Below the pieces are notes generated by a model, which saw only the letters and a program-made list of their open reading frames with translations, made no database searches and was not told where the DNA came from. A stretch of 64,000 nt of DNA from Narcine bancroftii (taxonomy: Eukaryota), in NCBI RefSeq assembly GCF_036971445.1, contig NC_091470.1, forward strand, positions 341,620,001-341,684,000. Reading direction: 5' to 3'. A program made the translations under genes and the position numbers. Below are positions 63,994 through 64,000 of the stretch, piece by piece; the stretch's first letter is position 1, and every line of letters begins with the position of its first letter.

Positions 63994-64000
63994 ACTGAAA

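Overview
This is a eukaryotic, repeat-dominated window, not prokaryotic. The repeat set (HE1-like and SacSINE1/DeuSINE-like SINEs, abundant CR1, Rex1/Babar and Penelope) points to a cartilaginous fish; that is an inference. One host gene is recognisable: foxh1 on the + strand, with coding exon 1 at 49293-49757 and exon 2 at 49840-49944. Its large last exon was not found in the remaining ~14 kb. Almost everything else is nested, decayed transposable elements: Rex1/Babar, CR1, RTE and L1 LINEs, Penelope-like elements with hammerhead-ribozyme-like repeats, four Gypsy LTR elements, four solo LTRs, a pogo transposon, a hAT derivative, hairpin-rich MITEs and a 5S rRNA-derived SINE. The most notable observations are: (1) a Gypsy element with no tRNA PBS, whose PBS position is instead a perfect 14-nt complement of its own LTR poly(A)-signal region, and whose RT motif is YLDN; (2) the same fold-back creates two inverted FoxH1 consensus sites downstream of foxh1 exon 2; (3) a dozen dispersed minimal-hammerhead repeats; (4) a twin-primed (5'-inverted) L1 with a 15-bp TSD; (5) a 5S-headed SINE with a Rex1-like tail; (6) a young AviRTE-like LINE family. 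All calls were made by eye, and family names need confirmation against repeat libraries.
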